The translations under genes and the position numbers were made by a program. From the NCBI GenBank assembly GCA_000934665.2, contig KZ538460.1, forward strand, positions 48,914 through 68,913: a stretch of DNA of 20,000 bases. The letters are read 5' to 3'. This DNA comes from Catajapyx aquilonaris (lineage: Eukaryota). Shown here piece by piece: positions 19,466-20,000 of the stretch. Position 1 is the first letter of the stretch; each line of letters opens with the position of its first letter. The notes beneath the pieces were generated by a model. It had not been told where the DNA came from, searched no databases, and worked only from the letters and a program-made list of their open reading frames with translations.

Positions 19466-20000
19466 GGGGTCGTGCAAATACCACGTGACCGGTTTAGGGG
19501 GAGGGGGGGTGGTGGTATGCTGATATACCACGGTTGGTCATGGAGGGAGGGGGGGAGGGGGTCGGCGACAGTTCACGTGGTATCTCTGCACACAGTGAAT
19601 GGGCACATTTGGGAGCTTTTGGGCATTTCCATGATGCATACGTCCGCTCGTAACACAAGTTTTGCCTACGTGCACAACTGTATTTTATTATAACAATGAC
19701 AGGATGCATGCACTGCATGCTTAATCCATTTCATGCAATGTGTGCGTATTGTTACAATAAAATATGCTAGTAAATGGCTGCAAAACCTGCGTTACGAATG
19801 GACAGTGTGTCTTGTGTTTGCGTGGAAATGCCCTTTTACAGATGCACATGGGTTCACCTAAAATTCGAAATCAGCGACCCTGAAAACATGGGAGACATGT
19901 TTTTTACGTGCTTAAACAGTTTAATTGAGGATCTATCATTTTCGATCGCATTTTTTCTGGTAACATTGACATTGAAAAATAACCACGTGAAAAAGGGGGG
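19466..20000 (+). mobile_element. Left end of a Zator/Harbinger-like non-autonomous element, probably continuing beyond the window
   Basis: TTA followed by GGGGTCGTGCAAATACCACGTGACC and G-runs. The CACGTG + G-run motif is repeated at 19574 and 19983-20000. The right TIR is not visible. Confidence 0.45.

Noticed and set aside
19494..19561. G-quadruplex-capable G-runs
   Set aside because: Explained as subterminal sequence of the Zator/Harbinger-like element, with no independent evidence of function.

Overview
Eukaryotic, probably arthropod (insect-like) genomic DNA. The minus strand carries the 5' part of a USP34 (Drosophila puffyeye-like) deubiquitinase gene. It has an ATG at 8811, six well-supported coding exons down to 2551, and a probable seventh at 55-184. 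A CpG-rich promoter/5'UTR region lies at about 8820-9500. The introns and the 10.5 kb upstream are densely filled with transposon remnants. These include three copies of one tRNA-derived SINE family with TSDs and exchanged 3' tails, a V-domain-like SINE nested in a pogo/Tigger-like MITE, and a short truncated retroposon. DNA elements include a hAT MITE, a CGGBP1-type hAT remnant, a piggyBac MITE nested in an older foldback element, a CACTA/EnSpm end carrying a spliced DUF4806-like pseudogene, Tc1/mariner remnants (one is a 3'-3' foldback) and a Zator-like end. Several TSD-less palindromes are also present. I see no evidence of a wholly new multi-gene system. The most notable observations are the dense long hairpins inside the USP34 pre-mRNA, a stop-free 63-nt first intron, a candidate 30-nt microexon, uORFs and modular SINE tails. 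Family assignments come from recalled motifs, not from database searches.
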